Part shown: piece after piece, positions 51,201 through 61,200 of the stretch
Layout: each line of letters begins with the position of its first letter
Numbering within the stretch: the stretch's first letter is position 1
Virus record (IMG/VR): IMGVR_UViG_3300029891_000001
Location: 1 to 64,000 of that record
DNA: 64,000 bases
Reading direction: 5' to 3' (one strand)
Origin: a virus
Made by a program: the position numbers and the translations under genes
The notes under the pieces: generated by a model
Told to the model about the DNA's origin: nothing
Databases searched by the model: none
What the model saw: only the letters and a program-made list of their open reading frames with translations

Positions 51201-52478
51201 CAAAATAATATTTGGATTACCATAATAGTCTTTAGTATCTAACCAATCATCTACAAAAGAATTTATATTTTCAATTTTATAATTTCCAATTATTTTATCA
51301 TAATGATACCCGCTATGAATTTTCCTCTGATAAAAAGTGAATGGATCAATAAAAGAATTTGTCAATAATACTAAATAAGCTTTATATAATTCCCAACCAT
51401 CAAAAGCTCTTGGTTTACTTACTCCATTAACTCTATATTTTACTTCTGTTAAATATCCAGCTTGAATATAATCTAGCGGAGTTGGAGAAACTAAATTAAT
51501 AGAGTCTTTAGTAAAAACACTATAATCTACACAAGTAATCTGTAATATATCTTTTCCGTCTTTAGAATACTTTATATTAAAATCTCTAATTTGCCCAGTA
51601 AATCTTTTTATATATTGATATACACCAGAAGAATTTTTATAACCTTCAGAATATTCTATCATACGATATTTTTTAATTTGCATATCATTAGAAATATTCT
51701 GAAATAGTTCGTTATTTTCATCATAAAAATATCCATTATATGAATAAGGATCACTAGAACTAACTAATGGAACTTCAAAAGTAAATGTAGATTCATAATT
51801 AGAATTAATACTTAATTGTGTTTTTCCAATTCCCAGAACAGTAGATAAAGAAATTGGTAAATTACCATTTCCAGGATTCCCTGTAGATAAAACTGCTGCT
51901 GAAAGAGGAATCTTTTCTGGGGTTACATTCATATCATCAGTTTGCCAAAAAGATATTATCCCTGAATTATATCCATTTAATTGTCTAGATTTATATTTTA
52001 ATTCAAATGAATACCAATTACCACTAGTAAAAGCTATACCAGAATAAGAAGAAGCATAATCAGTATCACTAAGACTAAGATATTTTTCGCTAGTTAAAAA
52101 AGATACACCATTAATCTTAAACTCTGAAACAATTCCCTCTCCCCCGAAATAGAAATCGTATTTAGAAGTATAAGGAGCTCTAAAAAATCCACTAAATTTA
52201 ACTCCCCAATCTTCTACTGCATTTTCGCTAACAAAAGTATCTGGTACACCTTCTCCATACCAGAACTTTATTATCGGGACAACTCCCTCATAAGCAGTAT
52301 CAATCCAGTTTTCAGAATCTACATACCAAGTAGCATTACATCCATTACTTAAAACATTTGTTACTGTATCTGCATATTTTACACAAACAGTCGGAGTAGG
52401 ATATTTATAAAAATACGGTTGTCTTCCCTCTACTGTCGCAAAAAGGGCTTGGTCTGGTACGCTTAATCTTTCTATCAT
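48237..52478 (-). CDS. Tail tip/baseplate hub protein with N-terminal PA14-like domain
   Basis: 1413 aa; W.VKFSGFFRAPYTS.Y.F (PA14-like); G.P.IEIDD.I.V hub-like motif; downstream of the tape measure gene. Confidence 0.7.
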   Translation of the reverse strand: MIERLSVPDQALFATVEGRQPYFYKYPTPTVCVKYADTVTNVLSNGCNATWYVDSENWIDTAYEGVVPIIKFWYGEGVPDTFVSENAVEDWGVKFSGFFRAPYTSKYDFYFGGEGIVSEFKINGVSFLTSEKYLSLSDTDYASSYSGIAFTSGNWYSFELKYKSRQLNGYNSGIISFWQTDDMNVTPEKIPLSAAVLSTGNPGNGNLPISLSTVLGIGKTQLSINSNYESTFTFEVPLVSSSDPYSYNGYFYDENNELFQNISNDMQIKKYRMIEYSEGYKNSSGVYQYIKRFTGQIRDFNIKYSKDGKDILQITCVDYSVFTKDSINLVSPTPLDYIQAGYLTEVKYRVNGVSKPRAFDGWELYKAYLVLLTNSFIDPFTFYQRKIHSGYHYDKIIGNYKIENINSFVDDWLDTKDYYGNPNIILGDEAKADDEYLYKIDTGEYYKDAIDNLMKSWYYKWGFDENAHPFLYGIDVPYSYVNDRDFDTACASGAWDKKTNIHCFVGTYNLAPAGGLCLASADVTGKKMDILFRVGPVYGSSDGTETVNISLRHNDVEFNYGDYSLYNSTTWSYYKGIDPSINLNPSVITLYGLRYDDYRLRIRTVNYNYPIALDGVIVYDEDYSHPSESFYTGDVHTSGSILDLQVGLQIDDQRSDCVVLGSRTGTKMGRGEAYQKDVVNPNNPIYQYIQSSSRDLNSVYKPTSINYIGHPRMTLIFDPSINSQEHADFVSYNVISEYNNPNKSLDFSIAGHPKIEIDDCISVNDDAKNVVNTTNYVWITDITNTFDSKNFISKISTSPVKPVNAFWKKPSPDLSEYDNHPIQNFKLYYNGAITSLSLDLSKTETNNITFRDNLSYHIPPKGYLKMINGEIIKYSSAAGWYVADLIRGIYTSHTTEAYFNELVNLAYDPYTQESMNVSPVIEFDCLVSGDIQIRIFSVKSENDSSGVKLLGSMHVDTLTGISKDGYPDWGFDKMTWGAGKRYTWGAFDQIGAYNNYVSNFDIMGGNYVVENMKLNETNSNRSLEFGKFYVEIDVISPKIDFTYRSDQPYSLAYPHEKYIYTRRGPVSEIDFWLDTAGMKRWATFTSTVTGATTYPADTARGIVIQDGVSRNLMYYNPSYIHNSANNYQGLKFWIKDNTVGSTQDGDLYRYVAPNIKYHILTYAGIVNKNNVVKYVEIYDNNDWLFANLENSYMNFKNPKSFYFNLKATRKGGNILNFVPSNILRTWIEEYGSGANNNGRLLVCPIILFSGEFVDRSGRPMAQTNKYLKRKTAFGQSIPNGQVYGTGPENHGVYEWMEGQEKKGDPNVIRLVGRWELTHSNKPDDGSLQVEMDFRKCYVHWWDEMVVGSGNIARPSLWKTKYGNVTIDYYPGNNWDWHLVGLEMEKQYGNTKTFTISNPSFPRMLFIFGGGYPS

Positions 52479-53000
52479 TTAAACCCTTTCTGGTTGCAAC
52501 TTGACCGAAAAAGAATCATATCTTAATTGACCTCCACTTTTATAATTAGCTTCAAAAGAGATAATTCTTGCCAATTTATATGTTTCTCCAGATATCGAAG
52601 TAGAAGCTTCATAATCCCATCTATCGAATAGATTACCAATATTATTAAATAAAATATACTGTTTTTCACCTTCATGATTTCTCAAATAAGAAACAACGCT
52701 AGAAACTAAAGTATTTTCTAAAGTAAAACTATCCCATTGTAAAATTCTTATTCTAGAATCGAATCCTGCGCTATACCAAATATTGGGGGAGTTAATACAC
52801 TCAAAATTAGTTAAATTTCTAGAATCTTGAGGGTCACAATATACCGGATTTACAGGAAATGTGATGCCATCGCTTCCATCTAAACATCTAAAATACATTC
52901 TCCCACTCGCAGTATCAGTTTCTGACTTTATAGTAAATTTAGCATAGAATTTATCAGAATACTCCGGTGTAGCTTTTCCTCTAAATTTTCCGAATACCAT
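52479..53000 (-). CDS. Distal-tail (Dit)-like protein, paralog B
   Basis: Shares DPQD, IRIL.WD.F, HEGEKQYI.FN, EASTS, RIISFEA and QPE with 57850..58281. Confidence 0.6.
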   Translation of the reverse strand: MVFGKFRGKATPEYSDKFYAKFTIKSETDTASGRMYFRCLDGSDGITFPVNPVYCDPQDSRNLTNFECINSPNIWYSAGFDSRIRILQWDSFTLENTLVSSVVSYLRNHEGEKQYILFNNIGNLFDRWDYEASTSISGETYKLARIISFEANYKSGGQLRYDSFSVKLQPERV

Positions 53001-53011
53001 AAAAATTCCTA

Positions 53012-54016
53012 TTAAAACTGTTGAAATAACTGTCTATTAAGAACGGTATCTTGATAAGCAGTGAAGGTAATCTTAGCTATTCTTCCAGTTGGAGGAGTCC
53101 CAGTGTATATTACTACACTATCTTTAGGCCATTCATTTTCTGGATAAAAAACTTGAGTTACATTATTAAAACCACCAGTATAATAAGCGATAGCTTTAAT
53201 TAAAGGAGAAAAATTCTTCAAACTGTCTCTGGCTTCTCCAAGGGCTCTATCAAGAAAATATTGATAAACAGAATCAGAAAGTTTTGGATAAAAAGCGTCA
53301 GCAAATTTTTCAGCACTTAAAGTATTATCTTGAATTTTATCAATTGTAATCGCTGCAGTACCGATTTCTGAGCTAGTAATACAACTTGCCGCCAGTTCCG
53401 AAGCACTTATAGCATTTGCCGCAATCTTGGCTGCAGTAATGGCGTCCGTACCTATCTCCGCCGCATCTAACGTGCCATTAACATTCGATAAATCGATACC
53501 CGCCTCGCCCGTAGTAGTCACATCGAGCGTCCGACTTGCCACAGTCGGTCTCAAGGCTAGCATAGTTGATTGATCTACAATCAGAGAATCGTTGTCGGTT
53601 ATCGGGTTCCATGCGTCAATATTCGCGACTTCGGCATAGATTGCCGAATCAATCAGGCCGACGGTATAATTAAAATAATGAGTCGTATATAATGTCGCTG
53701 CAAAGTCATAAGCGGAAACGATTATCATGTATTGACCATCACCGCCAGCACCGTCAATGTCCTGAAACTGGTCATGGAAAATAAGAAAAGTTCCCGATGC
53801 TGAACATTCAGCATCCCCTGAATTGTACCATGCCGAGAATAATGACGTACCTTCTTTATAAGTAACAACCTGCATTGAATCAGGCAATGCGAGAGTTCCA
53901 TCGAGATTCACAGTTTGTACTATGAAAGTCACATCGGTTGTCGGATATATATTATCAGCCTGAACAGCCAGACTACATAATATTAGAATAGCAAATAAAA
54001 TGAATAATTTTCGCAT
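53012..54016 (-). CDS. Signal-peptide protein with tail-fibre-like repeats
   Basis: MRKLFILFAILILCSLAVQA signal peptide; AITAAKIAANAISASELA-type repeats. Confidence 0.7.
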   Translation of the reverse strand: MRKLFILFAILILCSLAVQADNIYPTTDVTFIVQTVNLDGTLALPDSMQVVTYKEGTSLFSAWYNSGDAECSASGTFLIFHDQFQDIDGAGGDGQYMIIVSAYDFAATLYTTHYFNYTVGLIDSAIYAEVANIDAWNPITDNDSLIVDQSTMLALRPTVASRTLDVTTTGEAGIDLSNVNGTLDAAEIGTDAITAAKIAANAISASELAASCITSSEIGTAAITIDKIQDNTLSAEKFADAFYPKLSDSVYQYFLDRALGEARDSLKNFSPLIKAIAYYTGGFNNVTQVFYPENEWPKDSVVIYTGTPPTGRIAKITFTAYQDTVLNRQLFQQF

Positions 54017-54017
54017 A

Positions 54018-57000
54018 TTAATCTCCAATATAAAAACTTCTTATTTTTCGAGCGCACTTTGCCGAACTGCTAGTCGGAATCCACAAAGATATTTCGTCTA
54101 TCTTAACATTTCCCTTGTAATCATCCGAATGGGGTTCACCAATGTATAAATATTCGAGTGTGTCACTTTCACCATACATTCCAAATATATTTCCAACCCA
54201 AACCGGATCGGGTGAAACTAATGGCGTTCCCGCATCGTTATAGAATATCAATGTCATAGTATCATTACGTTTTTGCATTTCGGCATAATACCATAAAGTC
54301 GTATCGTAAGTATAAGCCACATTCCAATTCCAATCAGTCGAATCCCAGACCACCCCGTCCCAAGTTCTCAGATAATTCCCGGCCTCTGGAGTCGGAACAG
54401 TATCGGGATCCATATATACCATAAAGACGGGATGAACCACATCCGGCCCGCCACCATAAGCTCTGTGGTTGTCAACATCAATGACCATCTTCCTGTGGTA
54501 ATGCCACCAGTATTCAGCACACTCAGCCCCGGAACAGGTGTCATCTGTAATGGTCAGAAAATAGACACCATTCTCAAAATAGCCACCATGAGTATCAAAA
54601 TCGGAATCGAGAGTATCTCCGGCGTCATAATTTTCAAGATCAAAATTAATACATCCCACCCGCATCCTGATCTTGTATTCATCCGGCAAGGTATCGGTTG
54701 ACCTAATGAGCGCAACCGCGCTGAATGGTGTCGAGGTTAGAAACAAATTCCCATCTGCGGCTGAAACCTCACCATTACCGAATAGTCTATAAGTCAACCA
54801 ACCGTCCGTTCCGAAAGTGTCATTAGTTGTTGTGAAATAGGTTGTATCGAAGATTTCAGAATAGAGAAGCGTCCAACCATCATCATCGAATTGAGCCGAG
54901 GCCGGTTCTTCACAAGCGGATTCCTGCGCTACGGGCCAATAGATTTGTGTCAGCCAACTAGCAACGGAGTCCTTGAACTCTAAATACCACATTGCGTTGG
55001 GGTGAAGAGCATCATTATCATATTTACTTAACCTATATCCAAACGAATCATTTTGCGGGTCTGGATTTACCGTCGCATTAAAGAAATCCCATACATAAAA
55101 ATTAGGATAATTATCGGGATCGGGCAAAGTGTCTGTCATCCAAGCAATAAAATCCAACATCCGATCAAATTCATCGGCATCCATGCATGTCTGATAGAAA
55201 CTGCCATACATTACCGGAACCATTGTAAAATAAACGAACTTCTTTTCTGGATAATTAGCGGCAGAATCTCTCATTGTCAAGTACATCGCTTTATAATCGG
55301 CTAAAAGTTGATCGGTCAATCCTCCTATGCAATTAGGCGAACTTCCACGATCAGTAAGAACGAATGGATTTCCAGCAAACATAACCATATCGAAACTGGT
55401 TATATCAACAATGCTGTCGGGGTCTGCATTGGCATCGAACACCGTATCTAATAATAATGTCCCGCCCTTTATGCTGTCTTTAGACATAGAACCCTGCCAA
55501 TAAGACAATAAACTTTCCGGCGGCATCGCATGTGCAGACCAATGGTAATAATCATTATATGGCTGGGGTAACATCCACCCTGCATTGGTTCCGTTAAGAC
55601 TGTCGAATCTGGCGGTTCGCCATCCGGCATAAGCCGCCGAGGGAATAGTATTGCATCTATAATCCCACATCCATATTGTCGTATCATGGGCTTTGCCGAC
55701 ACTATCAAGAACCGACTTTAGGCCCCTACTATAAGGATATGGTGCAAGCAGAAGTGCCCCACCAATACTCATGTGCATATACATAATGGAAATATCCGTA
55801 TCCGGCGGGCCGCCGGTATTTTGTAAAACCAGAGTATCGAACCGAAGATTATTGATAAAAGACATCGTATCGATCGTAGTATCTCCATAGAGAGAAGCAA
55901 TTAGACTACATGGGAAAAATGCCGCACTGTCCGTCTCCGTCCGCGATTCATAATAGGCAGTCATTAATCCTGTTGCCCATCCATCACCATCTGTTGTCGT
56001 ATTTATAATAACTTGACCATAGGCGTTTTTAACATAAACGGAAGCACCGGGCTGAGAATTCATGTCCGCCTTCAATACCAGCACATTCAAGTTTTTCTTC
56101 ACCTTAATATCAGTCTGTCCATAAAGTGAGCTTCGCCATCTGAATCTGTCCCATGCTGTATCCGGGTCAAAATAACAATCAGTAAAGACATGACCACCAA
56201 AAGAACCACTTAAATCACCGGGCCAGGATACATACGAGACTCTGTTATGGTAGCCATTCAGCGTATCAAAGGAGATTATAGTATCCTCATAAATATCATA
56301 ATTTCTTCCACCGGGGTCATAATCTCCAAAGCCATAGGCCGCGAAATTATGCCTTATTACATTATATCTTATATGATATTGGTCTATATTTTCGTCATTG
56401 AGTAATACAAATCCGACACAATGGGTGCTGTCCCAGGTAGTAGTGGTATGCTTGATGGTGTCAATTACGATGGCCGTTATTGTGTTATGCTCAAATATTA
56501 CATTTGAATCAGGGCGGTCAAAGTGTGGAAGGATAAAGAAGCCTCCACCATTACGCCCATAAGCCTTATAATTTATCGTATCATTCACAACAAGAACGGT
56601 AATATCGTTATCGTGAACATAGACATGCTTATTGGGGAACAAATCTCCAAACTCATCGCCCCGTCTGTTCTTCATACCTTTTGCGGAGACATTAAAACCG
56701 TAATAAACGTCCCATCCGCGGTGAGAAACGATTGTATTATTACAAATTTCTACCGGATAATCGGGGTGACCCTGATTTCCCTCAAACTCGATACCCCCAT
56801 CCATTCCATAAAAATCTTCTCCGGCATGTAAATAATTATTATATATTTTTGACCCTGCGCCCCAATGGTTGGCTTGCGGGTCGCCCCCTACCATCAGTCG
56901 TGACAATAATGCAAATGAATTGGCCTGACTCTTACAAAAATTATCAGTTGGGAATGTATACATAAAATTACGGCAGTCAACCTCTACATCATTATCAAAA

Positions 57001-57734
57001 ACAAAAACCTTACCATAAAATACAATTCCCTGGCCAGGAGCGTTTACGACAGTTGTACTGCAAACCTTGAAGGCATAAGAACCAGTATCCGACATTGATA
57101 AGTATGTCGTATCCACGGAAGACAAGTGAATGACTGCGGCATCATAAGTGCATCGGTTCGTATATCCCCAAACATTACTCGTATATGTTCCCCCGTTGAT
57201 TACAATATGATTATTGTTGGTAGCATAGAATGATTTGGGTGTCGTATTCGTAAAAGTTACATCCGCCAGAGTGCTCCAGCAAGGTGCTCGTATTGCCTTA
57301 CCGTTAGAACCATATATGTAGGCAGACATATTTTCAATATAAACGCCCTCGCATCCATTAATGGCTATGCAACGGTTTGCGTTTGACAACGAATCCCCGA
57401 CATGCCTTACAAGACCATTCTTTACAATGATATTCGACATGACATTATTTTTGGGATATTTTTCACCAATCAATATTCCAAAATTACTATTCCCATTACC
57501 AGCACCGAAATCAAGCGTGTCCCCATCAAAGTCGATAAGAACATTCGAGGCATTTTTTGCGACAGCTATACCATTCGTATTAGAAACAATGCGCGAAGAA
57601 CTAAAGGTCACCGTATCTCCAGACACAAGATAATAGGGCAAATCGGCAGACCCGATCACTCTTTGAGTCGCCCCCGCCTGTCCCGCGAATATCAGTATCA
57701 GTAACACGCATAGTATATATTTAAATCTTAACAT
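54018..57734 (-). CDS. Large secreted multidomain protein (beta-helix, SGNH-like, beta-sandwich), probably carbohydrate-active
   Basis: MLRFKYILCVLLILIFAGQAGA signal peptide; pectin-lyase-like N/D-turn repeats; HMSIG...D.LHPN; GC-richer DNA. Confidence 0.65.
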   Translation of the reverse strand: MLRFKYILCVLLILIFAGQAGATQRVIGSADLPYYLVSGDTVTFSSSRIVSNTNGIAVAKNASNVLIDFDGDTLDFGAGNGNSNFGILIGEKYPKNNVMSNIIVKNGLVRHVGDSLSNANRCIAINGCEGVYIENMSAYIYGSNGKAIRAPCWSTLADVTFTNTTPKSFYATNNNHIVINGGTYTSNVWGYTNRCTYDAAVIHLSSVDTTYLSMSDTGSYAFKVCSTTVVNAPGQGIVFYGKVFVFDNDVEVDCRNFMYTFPTDNFCKSQANSFALLSRLMVGGDPQANHWGAGSKIYNNYLHAGEDFYGMDGGIEFEGNQGHPDYPVEICNNTIVSHRGWDVYYGFNVSAKGMKNRRGDEFGDLFPNKHVYVHDNDITVLVVNDTINYKAYGRNGGGFFILPHFDRPDSNVIFEHNTITAIVIDTIKHTTTTWDSTHCVGFVLLNDENIDQYHIRYNVIRHNFAAYGFGDYDPGGRNYDIYEDTIISFDTLNGYHNRVSYVSWPGDLSGSFGGHVFTDCYFDPDTAWDRFRWRSSLYGQTDIKVKKNLNVLVLKADMNSQPGASVYVKNAYGQVIINTTTDGDGWATGLMTAYYESRTETDSAAFFPCSLIASLYGDTTIDTMSFINNLRFDTLVLQNTGGPPDTDISIMYMHMSIGGALLLAPYPYSRGLKSVLDSVGKAHDTTIWMWDYRCNTIPSAAYAGWRTARFDSLNGTNAGWMLPQPYNDYYHWSAHAMPPESLLSYWQGSMSKDSIKGGTLLLDTVFDANADPDSIVDITSFDMVMFAGNPFVLTDRGSSPNCIGGLTDQLLADYKAMYLTMRDSAANYPEKKFVYFTMVPVMYGSFYQTCMDADEFDRMLDFIAWMTDTLPDPDNYPNFYVWDFFNATVNPDPQNDSFGYRLSKYDNDALHPNAMWYLEFKDSVASWLTQIYWPVAQESACEEPASAQFDDDGWTLLYSEIFDTTYFTTTNDTFGTDGWLTYRLFGNGEVSAADGNLFLTSTPFSAVALIRSTDTLPDEYKIRMRVGCINFDLENYDAGDTLDSDFDTHGGYFENGVYFLTITDDTCSGAECAEYWWHYHRKMVIDVDNHRAYGGGPDVVHPVFMVYMDPDTVPTPEAGNYLRTWDGVVWDSTDWNWNVAYTYDTTLWYYAEMQKRNDTMTLIFYNDAGTPLVSPDPVWVGNIFGMYGESDTLEYLYIGEPHSDDYKGNVKIDEISLWIPTSSSAKCARKIRSFYIGD

Positions 57735-57849
57735 TATCACTTCCTTCGTCAAAAGTCACTATCTCAGCATTACAAGTTTATACATTAACATTACGAACTA
57801 AGATAAAAAGAATTAAAATAATTAAATATATGAATAATTTTAATTTCAT

Positions 57850-58281
57850 TTATGGTTCCTCTGGCTGTATTTTAACAGCAAAATAATCATATTTTAAAGA
57901 ACTTCCTCTAGCATATTTGGCTTCAAAAGATATAATTCTACCAACACTATATGTAACCCCTCCAGCAGAAGTAGAAGCTTCTGACGGCCATCTACTATTT
58001 ATATCTTCTAAAGTATTAAATTTAATATACTGTTTTTCTCCCTCATGTTCTCTAAAATATCCCTCCATTTGTTTCATATAATTATCTGTTATATCAAACT
58101 TATCCCATACTAAAATTCTGATAGCATCATCAAAAATCTTTTTCTGCCATATAGAAGAACCATGTAAAACTCCTAATTCATTTATTTTAGCATAATCTTG
58201 TGGGTCATAAGTAAGTGGGTTAATTGGACAAGATAAAGAACTAGCTCCATCTGGACTTCTAAAATATACTCTAATAGACAT
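57850..58281 (-). CDS. Distal-tail (Dit)-like protein, paralog A
   Basis: Directly after the tape measure gene; paralog of 52479..53000. Confidence 0.62.
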   Translation of the reverse strand: MSIRVYFRSPDGASSLSCPINPLTYDPQDYAKINELGVLHGSSIWQKKIFDDAIRILVWDKFDITDNYMKQMEGYFREHEGEKQYIKFNTLEDINSRWPSEASTSAGGVTYSVGRIISFEAKYARGSSLKYDYFAVKIQPEEP

Positions 58282-58289
58282 ATAAATTC

Positions 58290-61200
58290 CTATATAACAT
58301 TATATCCTCTAGTCCTTCCAACAGCTAATCCGAAATTAATATTATTTTCTATAGTTTTGATAACTGCAGTGGCTATTTCATCTGGGTTAGAATTATTCCC
58401 ATTAATAGTAATATTAACCTGATTCCCTGTCCCAAATTGACCAGAAAAAGCAGGGATGTTATATCTAGTAGGAGCATTAAATATCGCCTGATCTAATTGT
58501 TCTAAAGCTAAAGTATTTCTTTCTATAGCTCTAGTATTCTCATCTAAAGAGATAGATGATGGTTTCTCTGGTTCTTTACCCTTCCCAAATAAAGAACCGA
58601 ATAACCCGCCTATAAGACTTCCACCCAATATTCCTAAAGGCCCACCAAATATTCCCAATGATTCGAATAATGATTTACCCAAAGTAGCTTCTAATCCTGC
58701 AGGCCCAAACATTCCCCCAAAACTAGCACCTTTAAGAGCAGAAGTATTCCCTTCAAATAATCCAGCAGTTATAGCTTGCCCAAGACTGGCTGCAGCAATC
58801 GCTAAACCACTTCTTAAAGCTTTAGCACCCTCACTTAATTCTGTCTTTACTTTTTCAAAACCCTCTTCTACTTTTTCAGCAGAAGATCCTACAACACTAT
58901 CTAAATCACTAAAAGTATCCATAAGAGACATAGCATAACTAGACATTTGTCTTGATGGTACATCTGACATTTGTTTTTCTAATGATTCCATAATAGCTTT
59001 AACATATTCTTGCGTTTCTTTAAACGGTGGAATCCCTCCATATTCATCTACTCTACCAGGGCCAGCGTTATAAGCAGCTAAAGCTAATTCTAAATTTTTA
59101 TATTTGTCATATTGTTCTTTAAAATATTTAGTCCCACCCATAATATTTTGATATGGATCAAGTCTATTATCAACTCCCAAATCTACTGCTGTTTTAGGCA
59201 TTAATTGCATTAAACCTCGTGCACCTACACTAGATCCTGCTCTTGGGTCGAAATTAGATTCTCTTTTTATAATACCTTTTATTATCGCTTCTGGAACATC
59301 ATATGTTTTAGAAGCTTCTTTTATTATATCATCAAATTCGCTAGTAATTTCTTTACCAATATATTTATAGCCTAACCCAGAAGCATCTTCTTGTTTACGG
59401 GCCATCATTATTTCTCTTTGAGTAGTTAAAAAATCATTAAGCATACGCCAATATTCTGTTAAAAATCTGACATGTTCTGCCTTAAGAGCTTCTGTATAAT
59501 CCCCTATAAAACCACCAGTAGATTTTTCAAATATTTGTGCGAATTCTTGACCTAAAGTAGAAGTACCAATAGAAATATTAGATAAAGATTCTGCGAATCT
59601 AGAAGCTAATTTATCCCAATAAGCTTTTCCAACGCTATCAAACAACTTATTGAATATTTGTTTTATTTCATATATCCCTGCTTTATAATAATTTAATTCA
59701 TTTCTAACAACTTTAAGCCTATATTCAGCATCTTGTATGGCATTTCTATCTCCATCTCTTCTGGCTTCTTGTAGTTCTTTTTCTGCATCTGCTAAATCTC
59801 TATTTAATTCATATCTTTTTTCGCTACCAGTTTCTATATTCTCTGGAATAGAAGAAATAACATCTTTAACAGATTTTCTAAAAGTGTCTATACCATAATT
59901 CATAGAATCGAATATTTTAGATAATCTTATATTAGACATTTTTTCAAGAAGTTTAACCATAGATTTAAATTTGCTCTCATTGGCCTTTAAAACAGCTTGA
60001 AACTTTTCAGTAGCATCCATTTGATTCGCTAGAGAAGTCTCCATATCATATTGGGTATTGATTAATTCTTTTTCTAACTTTTCTCTAACAGAAGCTTTTC
60101 TACTTAATTTCTCATATATATTAGAAGTAAATTCTAATCCCCTCAATACAATATATTCAAGACCAGAAATATTCTGTGTTTCTAAAAATCTCTCTTTCAA
60201 TAAGTTATTTCTTTTTTTCTCTTCCTGAGTCAAATTATAAGTCAAATTAGCTAATTCTTTAATAATTTTTCTTTCGCTACTTAAAGCCTGTAAACTAGAT
60301 TGAATAATTATTAATTCCCTATCTAATGAATCAATACTATTTTCTCTATCTGTAGCAATCTTCTCATATAACTCTGGATAATCTAAAAGAAATTTTTTCA
60401 TTTCTTCATCAGAGGTATCGTCTTTTAATTTAGTTATAGTTTCATTATAAAGAGATTGTTTTTTAGTAAGATCATCAATAGTATTCCCAATTTCTATTTG
60501 TATCTCAAGAGCAGTTTTTAATTGATCTATAGATTCTTTACCAAAAAATTCTAATTGATCTGCAACCCCCGTCCCGAACGGAGAAGTTTTTTGTAATTTA
60601 ATAAATTGATTATATAAATCTTTTGCACTTTCTTTAAGTCCTTTAATTTTATCTTGAATTGCTATTATTTCTTTAGATGGAGCTTGGCCAATTTTCCATT
60701 CTTTATCACCTAGTGGTTCAATTTCAAAAAGGCTAACAATTTCGTCTTGTAACTTCGTTATGTCACTTCGTATTTCAGTATCTTTTAACGTAATCTTCCC
60801 AAAAATACCAGCAATGGAATTTCTAACATTTAATGCAGCTTCATTAACCATCTTAGTTGTAAATTCTACAAACATACTAGGAATTTTACTTTTATCTGGT
60901 TCTTTTTCTAAAACCATTAAAAGATCAATATAAGTATTTATAACTGCATTTAATTTACCTGTAATTTTTTCTGAATCTATAAAACCTAAAAATTCTTCTT
61001 TCTGTTCTTTGGTTATTTGCTTTTCGTCTTCCATCTTATCAAACATTTTTTCTATTTCTTCTATAACTAAATTCGATTTCATTTTAATAGAAGACAAATT
61101 AAGTTGAAATTTAGTTAATATATCCATACTGTCTTCGCCAAATAAATCTGTAAAAGATCTTTTAGATTTTTTTAAACTATAAGTATATTCTCCAATTTTA

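Noticed and set aside
43277-57752. Diversity-generating retroelement or invertible tail-fibre cassette
   Set aside because: No reverse transcriptase, invertase, TR/VR pair or flanking inverted repeats were seen in the window.
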